DNA of 63,956 nt, filler included, from Octopus bimaculoides (taxonomy: Eukaryota), in NCBI RefSeq assembly GCF_001194135.2. It is 8 parts of 8 records of this genome, joined end to end, with 100 filler letters (N's around TTAATTAATTAA, not from the genome) between each part and the next. Parts side by side here need not be neighbours in the genome. Positions count along the whole stretch, not along the records: positions 1 to 15,808 come from NC_068988.1; positions 15,909 to 30,074 come from NC_069007.1; 6 more parts are not named here. One strand, 5' to 3'. Both the position numbers and the translations under genes were made by a program. Below are positions 13,261-26,371 of the stretch, one piece after another (position 1 is the first letter of the stretch; each line of letters starts with the position of its first letter). Below the pieces are notes generated by a model. That model did no database searches. It saw only the letters and a program-made list of their open reading frames with translations, and had not been told where the DNA came from.

Positions 13261-14195
13261 TCCCTCTTTATAAAGGTCTCTCCATTTTCTCTGTACGAAG
13301 GAGGAATGTGACAATTGGTTGTGAGTTTTCCCTTCTTCTACTACTCAAGCATCGTCTGAGGATTCATGTCTGTCTGTGCTCTCTACGATGAAGCTGTGTT
13401 GTGAGCTGGCAAACATAGCATAGCTGTTGTCTGCTTGTTCGGATATTGATTTCTGCTCGGCTCTCTAGATATCGTTGTTTAACAGTGTCGTTGCTTCTGT
13501 TACAAATAGCAGCAGCTGCAGCAAGCGCAACAACAGCAGCAGCAGCAGACTGAGATGGAAAAGAAAATGATGGGGATGTTATCGTACTTCTTATTGTTAT
13601 AGGTGGTGATGGTGGTTGTGGTGATATTGCTGATGACGATATCAGTGGGTATGATGACGAAGGTGGTGGGATTACAGTTGCTCACGATCATATTTATGAT
13701 CGTATCGATAATGGTGTTGATGATAATGTTGTTGATGATGGTGTTGTTTTAAAGCCACAAATCGGCTTCGATCATACACATCTATATAAAAGCGCTCCAG
13801 CCTTGGCCAAGCCTTCTTTTTATAAACCTAAATTTTTTGTTTTAGGTTTTAAAGATCGTAGAGTATGAACTGAGATATTTCTTACAAAAAGAGCGACCAC
13901 ATCGATGATTACTGGTGCTGTTAATATTGGGATGTGGTATTACTGCATTGATATTGCAGCTACTGCACTCACTGTTGCAGATAATAATGTTTAGGTCTTG
14001 AGCTTCTGCAAGTGTGAAGCTGCATATCTTATAATACTGCTGCATATGCATTAGATGTTTGACTGTTACTGAAGACACTAGGGATGATGATAGTGATGAG
14101 GATGATGATAGTGATGAGGATGATGGTAGTGAAGAGGATGATGATCATTACTGATGGGAAGTCTAATAAAAACAACAACAACAACAGCAATAATA

Positions 14196-14410
14196 ATCCT
14201 TTCTACTCTAGGCACAAGGTCTGAAATTTGGGGGAGGGGAATAGTCGATTACATCGATCTCAGTATGTAATCGGGACTTATTTTATCAACCCTTAAAGGA
14301 TGAAAGGCAAAGTTGACCTCGGTGGAATGTGAACTCAGAACGTATAGACGGACGAAATGCCGCTAACGATTTTGTCCGGTGCGCTAACGATTCTGCTAGT
14401 TCGCCTCCTT
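14196..14410 (-). mobile_element. SINE family C copy (a tandem second copy follows at about 14425-14625)
   Basis: Reverse of gaatcgttagcgcaccggac..tctgagttc..ccgaggtcaactttgcctttcatcc..gataaaataagt..gccttgtgcctagagtagaaaggattatt. Further copies at about 21005-21175 (+), 23120-23320 (-), 27118-27335 (+), 30470-30672 (-), 47725-47950 (+) and 48245-48450 (-). Confidence 0.8.
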
Positions 14411-14678
14411 AACAATAATAATAATAATCTTTTCTACTATAGGCACAAAGCCTGAAATTTTGGTGAGGGGGTAAGTCCTTTACATCGCCCCCAGTACTTG
14501 ACTAGTCCTTATCTTGTCAACCCGAAAGGATAAAAGGTAAATTCGACCTCGGCAGTATTTTGACATAAAACGTAGACAGACGAAAGGCCGCTGACCATTT
14601 TGTCTGGCGTGTTAATCATTGTCAGTTTCCCCCTCTAATAACAACAACACAACAACAACAACAATAACAATGATAATG

Positions 14679-14754
<76 letters not shown>

Positions 14755-15298
14755 CCTGATGCAGTACCAGGCAGTGGCTTTCATGCCTTCTGATCTTATG
14801 ATTGGAAGTGTTATCATGTACATGCTTTGTATTGGTATAAAAGATGGGCTACAGCAAATATTCTGCTCAATACCATAGATTTGCTTGTCAGCTGTTTGAC
14901 CTTAACTCGTTGAGCATGTCCTTTGGTGACTGACGACATGTGCACACCTGATCGCGAGCAGAAGTAGTGAGGGAGCATCATAGCCATGTGTTGAGAGGAA
15001 TTCTTTGGGGTTTGAATAATTCACCTCTGGAAACATGGCTGTTTCGTTCAGCATCCTGAAGCAACCCTTATTCAGGGACCGTTTGAGCGGGATGAGCTTC
15101 TCAACTTGAAGAAACTTTTAAGAGAGTTCCACCTGCAAGGTCATGCACTGTTTATCTTGAAATGAAATCACCACGTCACGCACATATGGTTGTGATGCAT
15201 GTGCCTGGTGTACCCTTATCAGATGGGTAGTCATGATGAGTATATTGGGATTCCTATATTTGCACCCCAGTGTCACCTTGATGGCATGCATTGCCCTC
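14755..15298 (+). mobile_element. ~540-bp non-coding element embedded between (TAA)n arrays; probable R4/Dong-type 3' UTR or dependent SINE
   Basis: Complex, GC-normal, ORF-less block flanked by (TAA)n at about 14656-14752 and (GAT/TAA)n at about 15300-15385. Assignment inferred from the known TAA targeting of Dong/R4 elements and the adjacent RLE fragment. Confidence 0.5.
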
Positions 15299-15338
15299 AA
15301 TAGTGATAATGATGATGATCATGAAGAAGATGATGAGG

Positions 15339-15371
<33 letters not shown>

Positions 15372-15384
15372 GTTATAATAATAA

Positions 15385-15808
15385 CTACACAAAACCAGGC
15401 TCTCGCTACCAGTTCAGTGAAGTATAAAACATCTATAAAACTTTTAACACCCAGAAATTCAGACTCTGTGGAAAATGTGACCCACTTGGTAAGTGGATAT
15501 GAGAGCCTTGCACAAAAAGAATACAAGCGCTGCCAAGGTAAGGTGTGTGTGTGTATCTTCATTGACTCTTATGCCATAAATACCAATATGAAGTAACAGA
15601 GAATTGGTATGAGGATGTACGAAGTAAAGTTATGCAGGAGGATGGAAAAGTAACGATACTCTGGGACTATGATTTTCAGACGGATCGTGTAATCGAACAC
15701 TGTCGGCTGGATATTGTCATATTGAATAAGAGAGACAAATACTGTTAGATCATTGATGTAGCCATACCAAATGATATGAATGTTGTGAGTAAAGAGGTTG
15801 AAAAAATC
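15385..15808 (+). mobile_element. R4/Dong-like non-LTR retrotransposon fragment: degenerate zinc knuckle plus restriction-like endonuclease
   Basis: AQNQALAT..ENVTHLVSGYESLAQKEYKR..NWYED..KVTILWDYDFQTDRVIEHCRLDIVILNKRDKYC*IIDVAIPNDMNVVSKEVEKI matches the PD..D RLE region of R4-clade ORFs. 5' junction is in (TAA)n. Confidence 0.85.
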
Positions 15809-16707
15809 NNNNNNNNNNNNNNNNNNNNNNNNNNNNNNNNNNNNNNNNNNNNTTAATTAATTAANNNNNNNNNNNNNNNNNNNNNNNNNNNNNNNNNNNN
15901 NNNNNNNNTTTTTTTTTTTTTTTTTTTTTTCTCCATCTATTTACTTGACAGTGAAATTTTCACGACGCTAAAATATACTTTAGCCCTAATAATCTTGATA
16001 CGGCTACTAAGGGAGTTAATGCGAATTGTCTCCCTTGATCTGGCTTCGAAATATTTTTTTTTTTAATGGTTAGAATTTTCTTTGCTATCGTTTACTTTTC
16101 TAAAGCCATTGTATGATTTATGAAACACAGTTTAAATTGAATTTCACCAAGTTTGTTTGCAATAATTCAGTATAAAAAGAATTTGTTTGACTAAATCCTA
16201 CAAAATGGTGCTCCAACATAGTCGCAATCTCATGATTGATAAATAAAAAAATTGGGAGTAAAGAAATGGAGACAAGATGAATACGAGTTAAATAATCAGA
16301 CGATAAACATGTACACTCCCTCAGTAATAAAATATGGTAACAAAAGGGTTAAGGAGTACTATGAGAGGAAATACGTTGCTAACAGTAATGCCTCAGAAGC
16401 GGTTCCTACCGTTTATCCCAAAGATGAGAGTGAGTCTATCAGACATCTTCATTAGACGATCTCATGGGCTCCAGATTTGAGGGTGTATTTACCCGAGCTC
16501 GTGTATGGTTAAAGGTTTTTATCTTTTACTTGCTCTTGAAGAGTTTAATCAAACAAATTAACCCTGGTACTCCCCCTCCCCTACCTTATTTTAAACCTGA
16601 TACTTATTCTATTAGTTTCTTTTGCCAAACCACTAACATATGGATGGGGGTGGAAGCAAATCAACTCTGGTTATCAACTGATAGAGGGACAAACACAAAG
16701 AAACACC

Positions 16708-16744
<37 letters not shown>

Positions 16745-17850
16745 CGAGCTGGCAGGATCGTTAGCCCACTGCGCTTTCTAACCCTCTCTTTAGCACGATG
16801 CTTTCGACGTGACAACTACTTGCTCCTTTGGCATGCCTCAACGAAGCTCTTAATATCCAGATGCCGATTACAAGTTAACCAGCGGCTACCAGGCTGAATG
16901 ACACAGGATTTGTAAAAGCTAAGCATCACCAAAAATAAAACTTATTTTTATTATGTTGTTAATTGTTCTACTGTTTCTTAATATATAATTTTGTTGAAAG
17001 GTGATAGAGACACTAATGTCTCTATTGCAACTGTCAACCTTTTACAAGCTTTTCGTTTGGAAACTATGTGGGGAGACTTCGTGTGTATATGTATGTGTTC
17101 TTTTGCATTTGTTCTTTGACAACCATTCTTGTGGTAGGGTCCAAGGTTATGGTTTATCACCAATCTATATTGTAAACTCATTGTTTATGTCTCCATGTCT
17201 TAACAGTTTAGCAAAAAGCGACCAACAGAATAAGTACTAGGTTTATAATTACTGAGGTTGATAAAATAAGTATCAGGCTTTAAATAAAACAAAGGTTACA
17301 GGGTTAATTTGACTAACCCCCTATAAGATGTTGCTCTTTTGCAAGCTTCAGGGTAATTTCACAAATGCTTGTGGCATGACAGAAGCACCCAGTACATTCT
17401 ATAAAGTGGTTGGCATTTGGAAAGGCATTCAACCATAGAAGCCATACCAAAGAGAACACTGGAGCATGATGCAGCTAGTTTTCATCTCTGGGCCCCTTTG
17501 ATTGCTGTTTATTCTGGTAGACCCACCCCCATAGCCGTTTGATGTTTAAAAACTAGTTTTTTTTCATATATTTCTTCAAAGATTCCTATTTTGTTTTTCA
17601 TCAACTCACTTTTATATTTTACTTGTTTCAGTCATGTAACCGTGGCCGTGCTGGGGCACCACCACCATTTTGTGGAATTTTAGTTAGTTGCTCTAGTTGA
17701 TCTCAGAACTTTTCTTTTTTATGTTGGTACTTATTCTGTCAGTTTCTTTTGCTGGACCACTAACTTATGGGGACATAAATACACCAACACCAGTTGCCAA
17801 GCAACAGTGGGGGACAAACAGACACACACACACACACATATATATATATG

Positions 17851-18030
17851 GGGAGAATTCACAAAAAAACAACAGACGAAGACAGGTGGTGTTGAAAACA
17901 AATAGATGTATTAGCATAACGCTCAGGAATAGAGAAAGTCTTTGACGTTTCGAGCCTACGCTCTTCTACAGAAAGAAACAAGGAGAGAAAAAAATGTGTG
18001 TAGTGGTCAGCGATCTATCATGACGAAATA
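17851..18030 (-). mobile_element. Family E PLE-derived repeat
   Basis: Contains the hammerhead at 17939-17976 and the conserved block (+ strand gggagaattcac..gacgaagacaggtggtgt..atgtattag..acgctcagga) shared with 40501, 38408, 52185 and 104. Confidence 0.8.
17939..17976 (-). ncRNA. Minimal type-I hammerhead ribozyme motif, core variant CUGUAGA
   Basis: Minus strand UCUUU-CUGUAGA-A-GAGC-GUAG-GCUC-GAAAC-GUC-AAAGA: 5-bp stem I, 4-bp stem II, loopless palindromic stem III (ACGU), GUC triplet, A6 replaced by U. Confidence 0.7.
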
Positions 18031-19076
18031 TTTAGTTACATATTTAGGAGCTGCTTATAAATTTACTTATTGAATTTATTTACCAATACTGTTGTACAGT
18101 AGGGAAAATGTGCTTGAAAGTTGTGGTTTCTTTGGTATGTTTGTTCCCAAACAACACTTATTTTAGTGCTGTTGACACTGCCAGACTGAATGATATTGTT
18201 CAGGTGTCGAAACCATAATGATGATGGAGGTATGTTAGATTGTTGGTATGGCTGTTTTTGTATATGTGGATTAGTATTATAACACATCCTTTTGATGGGC
18301 TTCTTTCAGTTTCTATCTACCAAATCCACTAATAAGGCTTGCCCTAGGTGTCACGTAGTGAGAGTGAACTCAGAACTATGTGGTTGGGAAGCAAATTTCT
18401 TACCACACAGCAACACCTGTACCTAAGTGTAGGTTTGTAAAAGCACTCTGGGAAAATGTGTTTCAGTGGCTCAAAACATGTTAAACTATGTAAAACATTA
18501 GTGAAAAGGAAAGCTGACTGTTTCTTGCAGAAATATATCTAATATATTTACTGCAATAAATATATCTAAAGCAGCATCCCCCCCCCCACCTAATTTACTA
18601 ATTTTTCTTGTGTGGACTCCTAAAAATTTTATATGGACCTGATCTGACCCATGCATGGTAAAATGGATATTAAAGGATTTCCGAATGTAAATAGGAAATG
18701 AAACGTATTTGGTAATGTTGCAGATCGAGCTGATGCTGGTGTGTAAAAGTCCACGTGTGTGTTAAAATAAATGACTCCAATGCGTACTGCATTGCAAGTG
18801 GTGAAAATAAATAAAGTTCACAAAGGTTGGTATAAAACACATCATAATTTATTCAAACTAATAAGTACTGGTAAGTACTGTGTGTGTGTATGTAAAACCA
18901 TTAAATGGTGTAGTGAGACAGGAAGATATTGCATGACTTACTGCATATATTTTAATCGTTTATGCAAAGCAGACTGAAAACTGATATTCATGAACTGAGT
19001 TGTGCAGTCATCATCATCGTTTTCCATGCTGGCATGGGTTGGATAGTTCAACTGGGGTCTGGGAAGCCAGAAGGCA

Positions 19077-19167
19077 GTGTAGTTATCTATTGCTCTCTCT
19101 CTGTCTCAATGTAGTTACCTATTGCTCTCTCTCTCTCAATGTAGTTACCTATTGCTCTCTCTCTCTT

Positions 19168-19205
<38 letters not shown>

Positions 19206-19222
19206 AATGTAGTTACCTATTG
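19077..19222 (+). repeat. Minisatellite: (aa)tgtagttac/atctattg spacer alternating with (CT)n, four units
   Basis: The unit tgtagttacctattgctctctct recurs at about 19109, 19140 and 19209; a variant is at 19077. Confidence 0.8.
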
Positions 19223-20315
19223 NNNNNNNNNNCCTCCTCATCTCTATCCTCCCATCCTCTGTCTGCTTACCTATCTATCTTTATTTTCCCTCTCCTCACT
19301 GTCTGTCTACCTAGTTACCCCCCCCTCTCTCTCTCTCATTACCTGTCTTAGTTACCTATCTCCACCATTTTCACTTCTCTTTCTTCCTCTGTAATTAGTT
19401 ATCTCTCTGTCTCTTATGTCTTCTCTCTTTTTCTTTCTGTCTAGCTAGTCTTCATTTTAGCCATCACTGCCAAAGCCATACTGGAGCACTGCTTTCACCT
19501 CACTATCTATCCCCACCACCTCCACTCTCTCTTTTTCTCTCACTTTTTCTCTCTCTCTGTCTATTTATCTTCCTCTCTATCTCTTTCTTTCTCACACTAT
19601 CTCTATTTCTCTCTCCCCCTTTCTATCTCTTTATCCATTTTCTATTTCTATCTCTCTCCAGCTCTCTCTCTCTCTCTCTCTCTCTCTAACTCTTCTGCTC
19701 CAAAAATGGACCATCAAATATTTCTTCACTATAATATTAATTTTACAACCCACACTCAACACTAAGTCAAAACAACGCTTAAACTTTTAAAAAAAGGCAT
19801 TTTAGTTTGTACAAAACTCTTCAAGGCACCCAACAATAAAACCAGCCAAAAAGAAAAACAATATGAATAAATAATTACAAAAACCAAGAAAAATATCAAA
19901 GAAAAAGCAAACAAAGCNNNNNNNNNNCCAAAACCAAGAAAAATATCAAAGAAAAAGCAAACAAAGCCGCTTGCTGCCGAACTGGAAGTATTTTCGAGTA
20001 ACCTTGTCAAGCTCACATCAAAACAAAGTTTTGTTGAATTTGGCTGCTAAGAAGTCCTTAGAAATCATGTGATTTCGTAAGGTTCTGTTATTTTTAAATT
20101 CCTGACTTTTGTTTGACAGATGCTTGTCTTTGAATAGATCAGAAAATGGCATCGAGTAGGGAAGGCATTGGCCGGTAGATTGCTATACATTGGTACATCG
20201 GTTAGTGGACAGTTATTTAAAGCTGATTATCAATAGTCACACTGTCACATTTCAAAAACATCTAGTTCCAGAAACAGAAACAGAAGTGCTTTCAAAACAA
20301 GATTTCAGTTTCACT

Positions 20316-20346
20316 ATGAATTATTTTATACTTTCTACATTTCTGG
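20316..20346 (+). CDS. Unrecognised spliced gene, first coding segment (MNYFILSTFL, phase 1)
   Basis: actATG (A at -3) and strong donor CTGG|GTGAGT. Upstream acceptor cctgacttttgtttgacag at 20119 with a branch-like ctgac suggests a UTR-containing exon from 20120. Confidence 0.5.
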
Positions 20347-21189
20347 GTGAGTAAAATGTTTTTATATTCTTCTTATATTATAATTCCATATTAATAAGTT
20401 CGTTTGTTGTACTAATGACTTCCAATTTATAGAATTGATTTGCTTCTTGCAAGAGATCGCATGAATATGACTAAAGATAACTAATCTACAAACTCTATTA
20501 ATTCTATCAAATATAGGTGTATGTATGGCTGTGTGGTTGAGGAACTTGCTTCCCAACCGTGTTGTCTTGAGTTCAATCCCACCATGCAGCACTTTGGACA
20601 AGTGTCTTTTACTGTAGCCTCAGGCTGATCAAAACCTTATGAGTGGATTTGGTAGCTGGAAACTCAAGGAAGCTTGTTGTATGTGTGTGTTATTGTCCAC
20701 TACCATTTGATAACTGATGTTGGTTTGTTTATGACCATGTAACTTAACAGTTCAGCAAAAGAGACTGGTGGAAGTATCAGGCTTTAAAAAAAATTAGTAC
20801 TGGGGTTGTTGTGTTCAACTGAACCCTTCAAACTGGTACTTCAGCATGGCTGCCATCCAATGATTGAAACCAGTAACAGACAAAATATAAAAACATACGA
20901 AACTTTGTTTAACATCAATCCTTAATTATTTTGAAACCATACAAACTGAAATCATTAACTACATAAACATGCAATGAACCCCAACTCCTCCAAACTATTG
21001 GCCAAAGGCAGCGACCTGACAGAATCGTTAGCACACTGGACATGCTGCTGAGCATTTTGTCCATCCTTACATTCTGATTTCAAATTCCACTGAGTCATCT
21101 TTCCCTTTCATCCACTCAGGGCCGTTGAAATAGGTACCAGTGAAGCCTTAAGCTCATTGTGGAAAGGATTATTATTATTATTATCTTAA

Positions 21190-21433
21190 CCCATTAGTGC
21201 CCAAATTTTTTTTTCATCTAATTTATTACCAAAAATCTTTTTTTATACAACTTATACTAATTATATTAAAAAAATATATACTAAATATATTAAAAAAAAA
21301 ATTTATTACAATATTTGAAAGACAATCCAGTCTTGATGACTAACTAAAGATATCTCAGAAAAATACAGGTGTTGCAGAAATATGATGGTTTATCCTTCTG
21401 GTCCTAAAAAAAAGGACCATAAGCGCTAATGGG
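21190..21433. mobile_element. piggyBac-like MITE
   Basis: TTAA|CCCATTAGTGC ... GCGCTAATGGG|TTAA: TTAA target duplication (21186-89, 21434-37), CCC ends, 10/11 TIR match, AT-rich interior. Confidence 0.85.
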
Positions 21434-21726
21434 TTAATATGGTTTATTATGAGAAACTGTATTGTCTGGTCTGTGAGGGTGGAGCAGGTGGTAACACACT
21501 GAGCAATAATTGTTTTTGTTGGTTAATAACTGAGCTCAAATCCTGCCTGTCTGCTGCGTTTTATCCCTCCATTGGTCTGCAGGAAATATTTACTGTAACC
21601 AGATGGCTACACCAGATTGGAGCCTGGTGTAGCCATCTGGTTCACCAGTCCTCAGTCAAATCGTCCAACCCATGCTAGCATGGAAAGCGGACATTAAATG
21701 ATGATGATGATGATGACGAGTTCCAT

Positions 21727-21867
21727 AGACTGTTGTTGTTGGCACTCCGTCGCTTATGACGACAAGGGTTCCAGTTGATCCGATCAACTGAACAGCCTGC
21801 TCGTGAAATTAACGTGCAAGTGGCTGAACACTCCACAGATACGTGTACCCTTAATGTAGTTCTCGGG
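21727..21867 (-). mobile_element. SINE family A, 3' fragment
   Basis: Reverse complement of the last ~140 nt of the copies at 24011 and 27685. Confidence 0.9.
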
Positions 21868-22320
21868 TACAATTTCTATTATGCAATAGAAATTTATACA
21901 GGATCAAGGGCTCACCAACTGACAGGGTCAAGGGATCACTAACTGACTGGGGTACACCAAAACCTTTGTAACCTCGAGGGCAGAGAACAACAACAGGAAT
22001 TTTTGCTTAGTATACAAAATTATAATAATTTTTATGATAATGTCGTTATGTTGATGCTTAGTCCAATCTCATCAGTAAGTAATAGTGTAGGGTTATGATC
22101 AGGAAAATATCCAACCATGGTCATCCCACCTTTTTTCTGATACATTGTATATATATATGTATATATTTGTATATATTACTTTATCCATCCAATATTTTTT
22201 CCAAAATGCCTCATACACTCACACACACACATATATGTATGTGCATGTGTATATATGTGTGTGCATATATGTGTGTATACATGTGTATATGTATGTGTGT
22301 GTGTATTTATATATGCATAA

Positions 22321-22354
<34 letters not shown>

Positions 22355-22363
22355 GAAGACCCG

Positions 22364-22755
22364 GCAAGCCAAGTAAGATCGTTGCCAGTGCCCCTGGACT
22401 GGTTCTTGTGCGGGTGGCACATGAGATGCACCATTTTGAGCGTGGCCGTTGCCAGTACCGCCTGACTGGCTCCCGTAGGATTTTCGAGCGAGATCGTTGC
22501 CAGTGCCCCTGGACTGGCTTGTGCGGGTGGCACATAAAAGACACCATTTCGAGCGTGGCCGTTTTCGTGCGGGTGACACGAAAAAGCACCCACTTCACTC
22601 TCTGAGTGGTTGGCGTTAGGAAGGGCATCCAACTGTAGAAACTCTGCCAAATTAGACTGGAGTCTGGTGTTGCCATCCAGTTTCACCAGTCCTCAGTCAA
22701 ATCGTCCAACCCATGCTAGCATGGAAAGCGGACGTTAAACGATGATGATGATGAT
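22364..22755 (+). mobile_element. Repeat family D: internal ~115-bp tandem subunits plus a LINE-like tail ending in (GAT)n
   Basis: agatcgttgccagtgcccctggactgg, gtgcgggtggcacat and gagcgtggccgtt each occur twice. The tail gaagggcatcca..catgctagcatggaaagcggacgttaaacgatgat recurs at about 21590-21715 and 48530-48710, with a reversed subunit array at about 40930-41300. Confidence 0.8.
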
Positions 22756-24010
22756 ATATGTGTGTGTGTGTGTGTGCCAGAAAGAAGATAGAATTCCAGA
22801 ATTAAAGAATAAGAACTGTGGTTGATTTGTTTGATTAAACCCTTCAGTACAATGCCCCAGCATGGCCACAGTCCATTGACTGAAACAAAAAGATAGAAGA
22901 TAAAGCAGTCTGGGATTGTGAGACATGTCATGAATAAAACAGCATGGACAATTCTTTGAAAAAAGTGCCATGTTTGTAGATTTGGTTCACTCAAGAATAC
23001 AAGAATTCGATGTCAGCAGACAAGTAAAAAGAAATTTTTGGTTGGAACAGTGGAGGGGACTGGCATGTCAAAGAATAGGACCAATGTTTCATCTGCATGT
23101 TGTATAAGAATCCTTTCTGCTTTTGGCACAAGGCCTGGATTTTTGTGGGGAGGGGCACAATTGATCACAGTACTTGACAGGTGCTTAATTTATCAACCTC
23201 GAAAGAATTAAAGACAAAGTCGACCTCGGCAGAATTTGAACTCAGAATGTAAAGACAGGAAAAATACTGGTAAGTATTTTGCACGGCATGCTAACAATTC
23301 TGTCCGGTCGCCGCCTTGCATGTTGTTTAAGAATAAGAGTGGCGCAAAGGTGTCATCTGCCAGGAATAGGGAATCCCCAACAAATGGTGGATGCTGTTAC
23401 AGCGCATTCCCCCCATAATACTACTCTCTTGGTGCTTGGATAGGTGCATTTGTTTCTCAACCTCATGTTTTCAGGTTCAGTCCCACCTTGGGCAAGTATC
23501 TTCTTATACTTTGGCCCTGAGTGGATTTGGTAAATGAAACCAAAAGAAGCTTGTTGCATGTGTATGTGTGTGTGTGTGAGCATGCGTGTATTTGTGTCTG
23601 TTAAGAGACCACATGAAAGTTGTAAATAAGTGCCACTGTCATACAAGCAGCATCTTTCATCTCCAATATTCTACAAGATATGTCTGGCCATGGAAACAGG
23701 TTAGGGTTGGCAACAGGAAAGGCATCTGGCTGCATTATCTTTCTCGATAATCTCCATCCAATCCATGCAAGCACAAAAAGTAGATGTTAAAACGATGATG
23801 ATGCAGACGGCAAATCCAGCAGTTGCATTAAGGAGGAGGAGGTGGTGGTGAAGGCAATGCCAGGGTTTGGGGGTTACATGCCTGGAAAGATGGTGAGATG
23901 AAGTGGAGTAGTTACATACGTCGGGTTAACAGTATCATGAACAGTACAGCGTGTTGAGAGATCTTCAAGAAAGTCATTCTTCCAATGTACCAAGGGTCAT
24001 TTAGATTAGA

Positions 24011-24400
24011 GTGGAGGCGCAATGGCCCAGTGGTTAAAGCAGCGGACTCGCGGTAATAGGATCGCGGTTTCGATTCCCAGACCAGGCGTTGTGAGTGTTT
24101 ATTGAGCGAAAACACCAAAAGCCCCATGAGGCTCCGGCAGGGGATGGTGGCGAACCCTGTTGTACTCTTTCACCACAACTTTCTCTCAGTCTTACTTCCT
24201 GTTTCTGTTGTGCCTGTAATTCAAAGGGGTCAGCCTTGTCACACTCTGTGTCACGCTGAATATCCCCGAGAACTACGTTAAGGGTACACGTGTCTGTGGA
24301 GTGCTCAGCCACTTGCACGTTAATTTCACGAGCAGGCTGTTCCGTTGATCGAATCAACCGGAACCCTCGACGTCGTAAGCGACGGAGTGCCAACAACAAC
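24011..24400 (+). mobile_element. Full-length tRNA-derived SINE family A
   Basis: A box tggcccagtggtt, B box ggtttcgattcc, 3' hairpin cgtcg-taag-cgacg, (CAA)n tail. Approximate TSD catttagattag / catttagactag. Confidence 0.92.
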
Positions 24401-25530
24401 ATTTAGACTAGTCATGGGTTCTTCAAAATGACGATGACCTAAGATGTATCACAAAGAATAACCAAAGAATTCACCAAAAACAAGAAGCATGTTCCAGAAT
24501 GACATGCATATTCTTCAGATTTAAATCTAGTAGAAAACTTATGGAAATGTGTTGCCATGGTTATTCAACAAAACAACCATCGTCTTTGTTTTAATGTCCA
24601 CTTTTCCATGCTTGCATGGGTCAGATGGAATTTGGTGAGGTATATTTTCTGTGGCTAGGTAGATGCACTTCCTGTCACCAATCCTCACTTGTTGCCATCA
24701 CTAGACATGTTTTCACAGAAGATTGACAACAAGGGATACTGTTGCTTGTAACAGTGCTGGATTAACCCATTAAACAAAGATTGGAAACATTAACCCATTA
24801 AACAAAACAAGCACGTGTTTAGCACATCAGGGGTGGGGGGGGCACCACAGAAATGAAAATGGTTTACAGCACAAAAGAAATCACTTTAAACTTGTTAAAA
24901 TATTCTGAATACTAAAGGGTTAAGCAAATATGGTGTGATTTGGAAAGAGATTAAGCTGCTATTCTTGGCCGATCAAAAGCTTTGCTTGTCACTTGGTTAA
25001 TTCCTTCCATCTGACACTGAATGGCAATATGATCCTCTGTTGTTGTTTTTGGTTTTTACCTTTTATGTTGTTTCAGTCATTTGACTGCGGCCATGCTGGG
25101 GCACTGCCTTGAAAGGTTGAGCAAATCAACCCCAGGGCTTTTTTTTTAAGCCTAGTACTTATTCTACATGGTCAATTTTGCTGAATTGCTAAGTTATGGG
25201 GACATAAACACACCAACAATGGTTGTCAAGTGGTTGTGGGAGGGACAANNNNNNNNNNNNNNNNNNNNNNNNNNNNNNNNNNNNNNNNNNNNNNNNNNNN
25301 NNNNNNNNNNNNNNNNNNNNNNNNNNNNNNNNNNNNNNNNNNNNNNNNAAGGTAAGTTGCAATTAACGTCGTTTCTAATGTTTTAATTAAAAGCCTAATC
25401 TTTTATAGCATTATAACATACCTATTCATCTATTGCACACTCACACACACACACACGTACACACACACACACAATACTGTATATTCGTATATATTGGTAG
25501 GTTAACAATTATTATTTCTTCCTTTTTCAG

Positions 25531-25593
25531 ACTTGTTTTCTGCAGCAGCGACTGTCCATAGTCCTGGGATGTTTGAGCGAGAACATTCTGACG
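25531..25593 (+). CDS. Same gene, 63-nt exon ((D)LFSAAATVHSPGMFEREHSD, phase 1-1)
   Basis: Acceptor tttcttcctttttcag, donor GACG|GTAAAT; open frame and phase compatible with both neighbours. Confidence 0.65.
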
Positions 25594-25668
25594 GTAAATT
25601 ATGATAAATATCAATTTCAAGTTTTTAATTAACACACCAAATTACATTCATGTTGCTAATTGTCATTT

Positions 25669-25705
<37 letters not shown>

Positions 25706-25713
25706 ACACAAAG

Positions 25714-25746
<33 letters not shown>

Positions 25747-25979
25747 CATACATAGATACACAGGTACCTATATACCTGTATCTATGTACATATTTTTCCC
25801 TGCATGTATGCATGAATGCATGTATACACGCATGCCTCTATGTATGTATGCATGTATGTATGCATGTATGTATGTATATATGTATATCAATGTACGTTTG
25901 CAAGTATATTGTTATGTATACCCCTGAAATTCATACAGGAATGCTTTATATATATAATTTTTTGCTTTATTTCTTGCAG

Positions 25980-26042
25980 AATCCTCCTCTGCAGAGACCA
26001 GTTCTTATGAACCTCATCTTGCCATCCTACCTTTCACCGGAA
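25980..26042 (+). CDS. Same gene, 63-nt exon ((E)SSSAETSSYEPHLAILPFTG, phase 1-1)
   Basis: Acceptor tttgctttatttcttgcag, donor GGAA|GTAAGT; GC-rich island in AT-rich intron-like DNA. Confidence 0.7.
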
Positions 26043-26285
26043 GTAAGTCATACTCTAGCATTTCTAATTTTTCATTAAACATTTTAGCAGATTCTATTGT
26101 CCTAAATAATTTCTAGTGGATTATACACACACACACACACACACACATCGATAGCTCAGTGAAACATTAACAACCCATGCATAATTACTTTTCTCAATAT
26201 GAATATTCCATGTTTGATTTGTGTCCGTTTCTCTTGTTTATGTCAAATTATATTCATTGAGTTTTGTTTTTCGGTCAATTTGCAG

Positions 26286-26371
26286 CTCGTTTTTCCGATG
26301 CCGAAGAAATTCCCCGTGGTCCGTATTATGAACCTCTTGTACTGACTGATATTTTCTTTGAAAACCACTCG
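26286..26371 (+). CDS. Same gene, exon ((T)RFSDAEEIPRGPYYEPLVLTDIFFENHS, phase 1-0); alternative donor at 26414
   Basis: Acceptor ggtcaatttgcag. Donor TCG|GTATAC keeps the downstream exons open. Alternative AATG|GTAACA (phase 1) gives an early stop in the 32345 exon. Confidence 0.6.

Noticed and set aside
14089-14152. Acidic DDDSDE-like repeat frame
   Set aside because: An 18-bp GAT-derived minisatellite without exon boundaries.
19878-19967. 40-bp direct repeat across a 10-N gap
   Set aside because: Same overlap-artefact signature.
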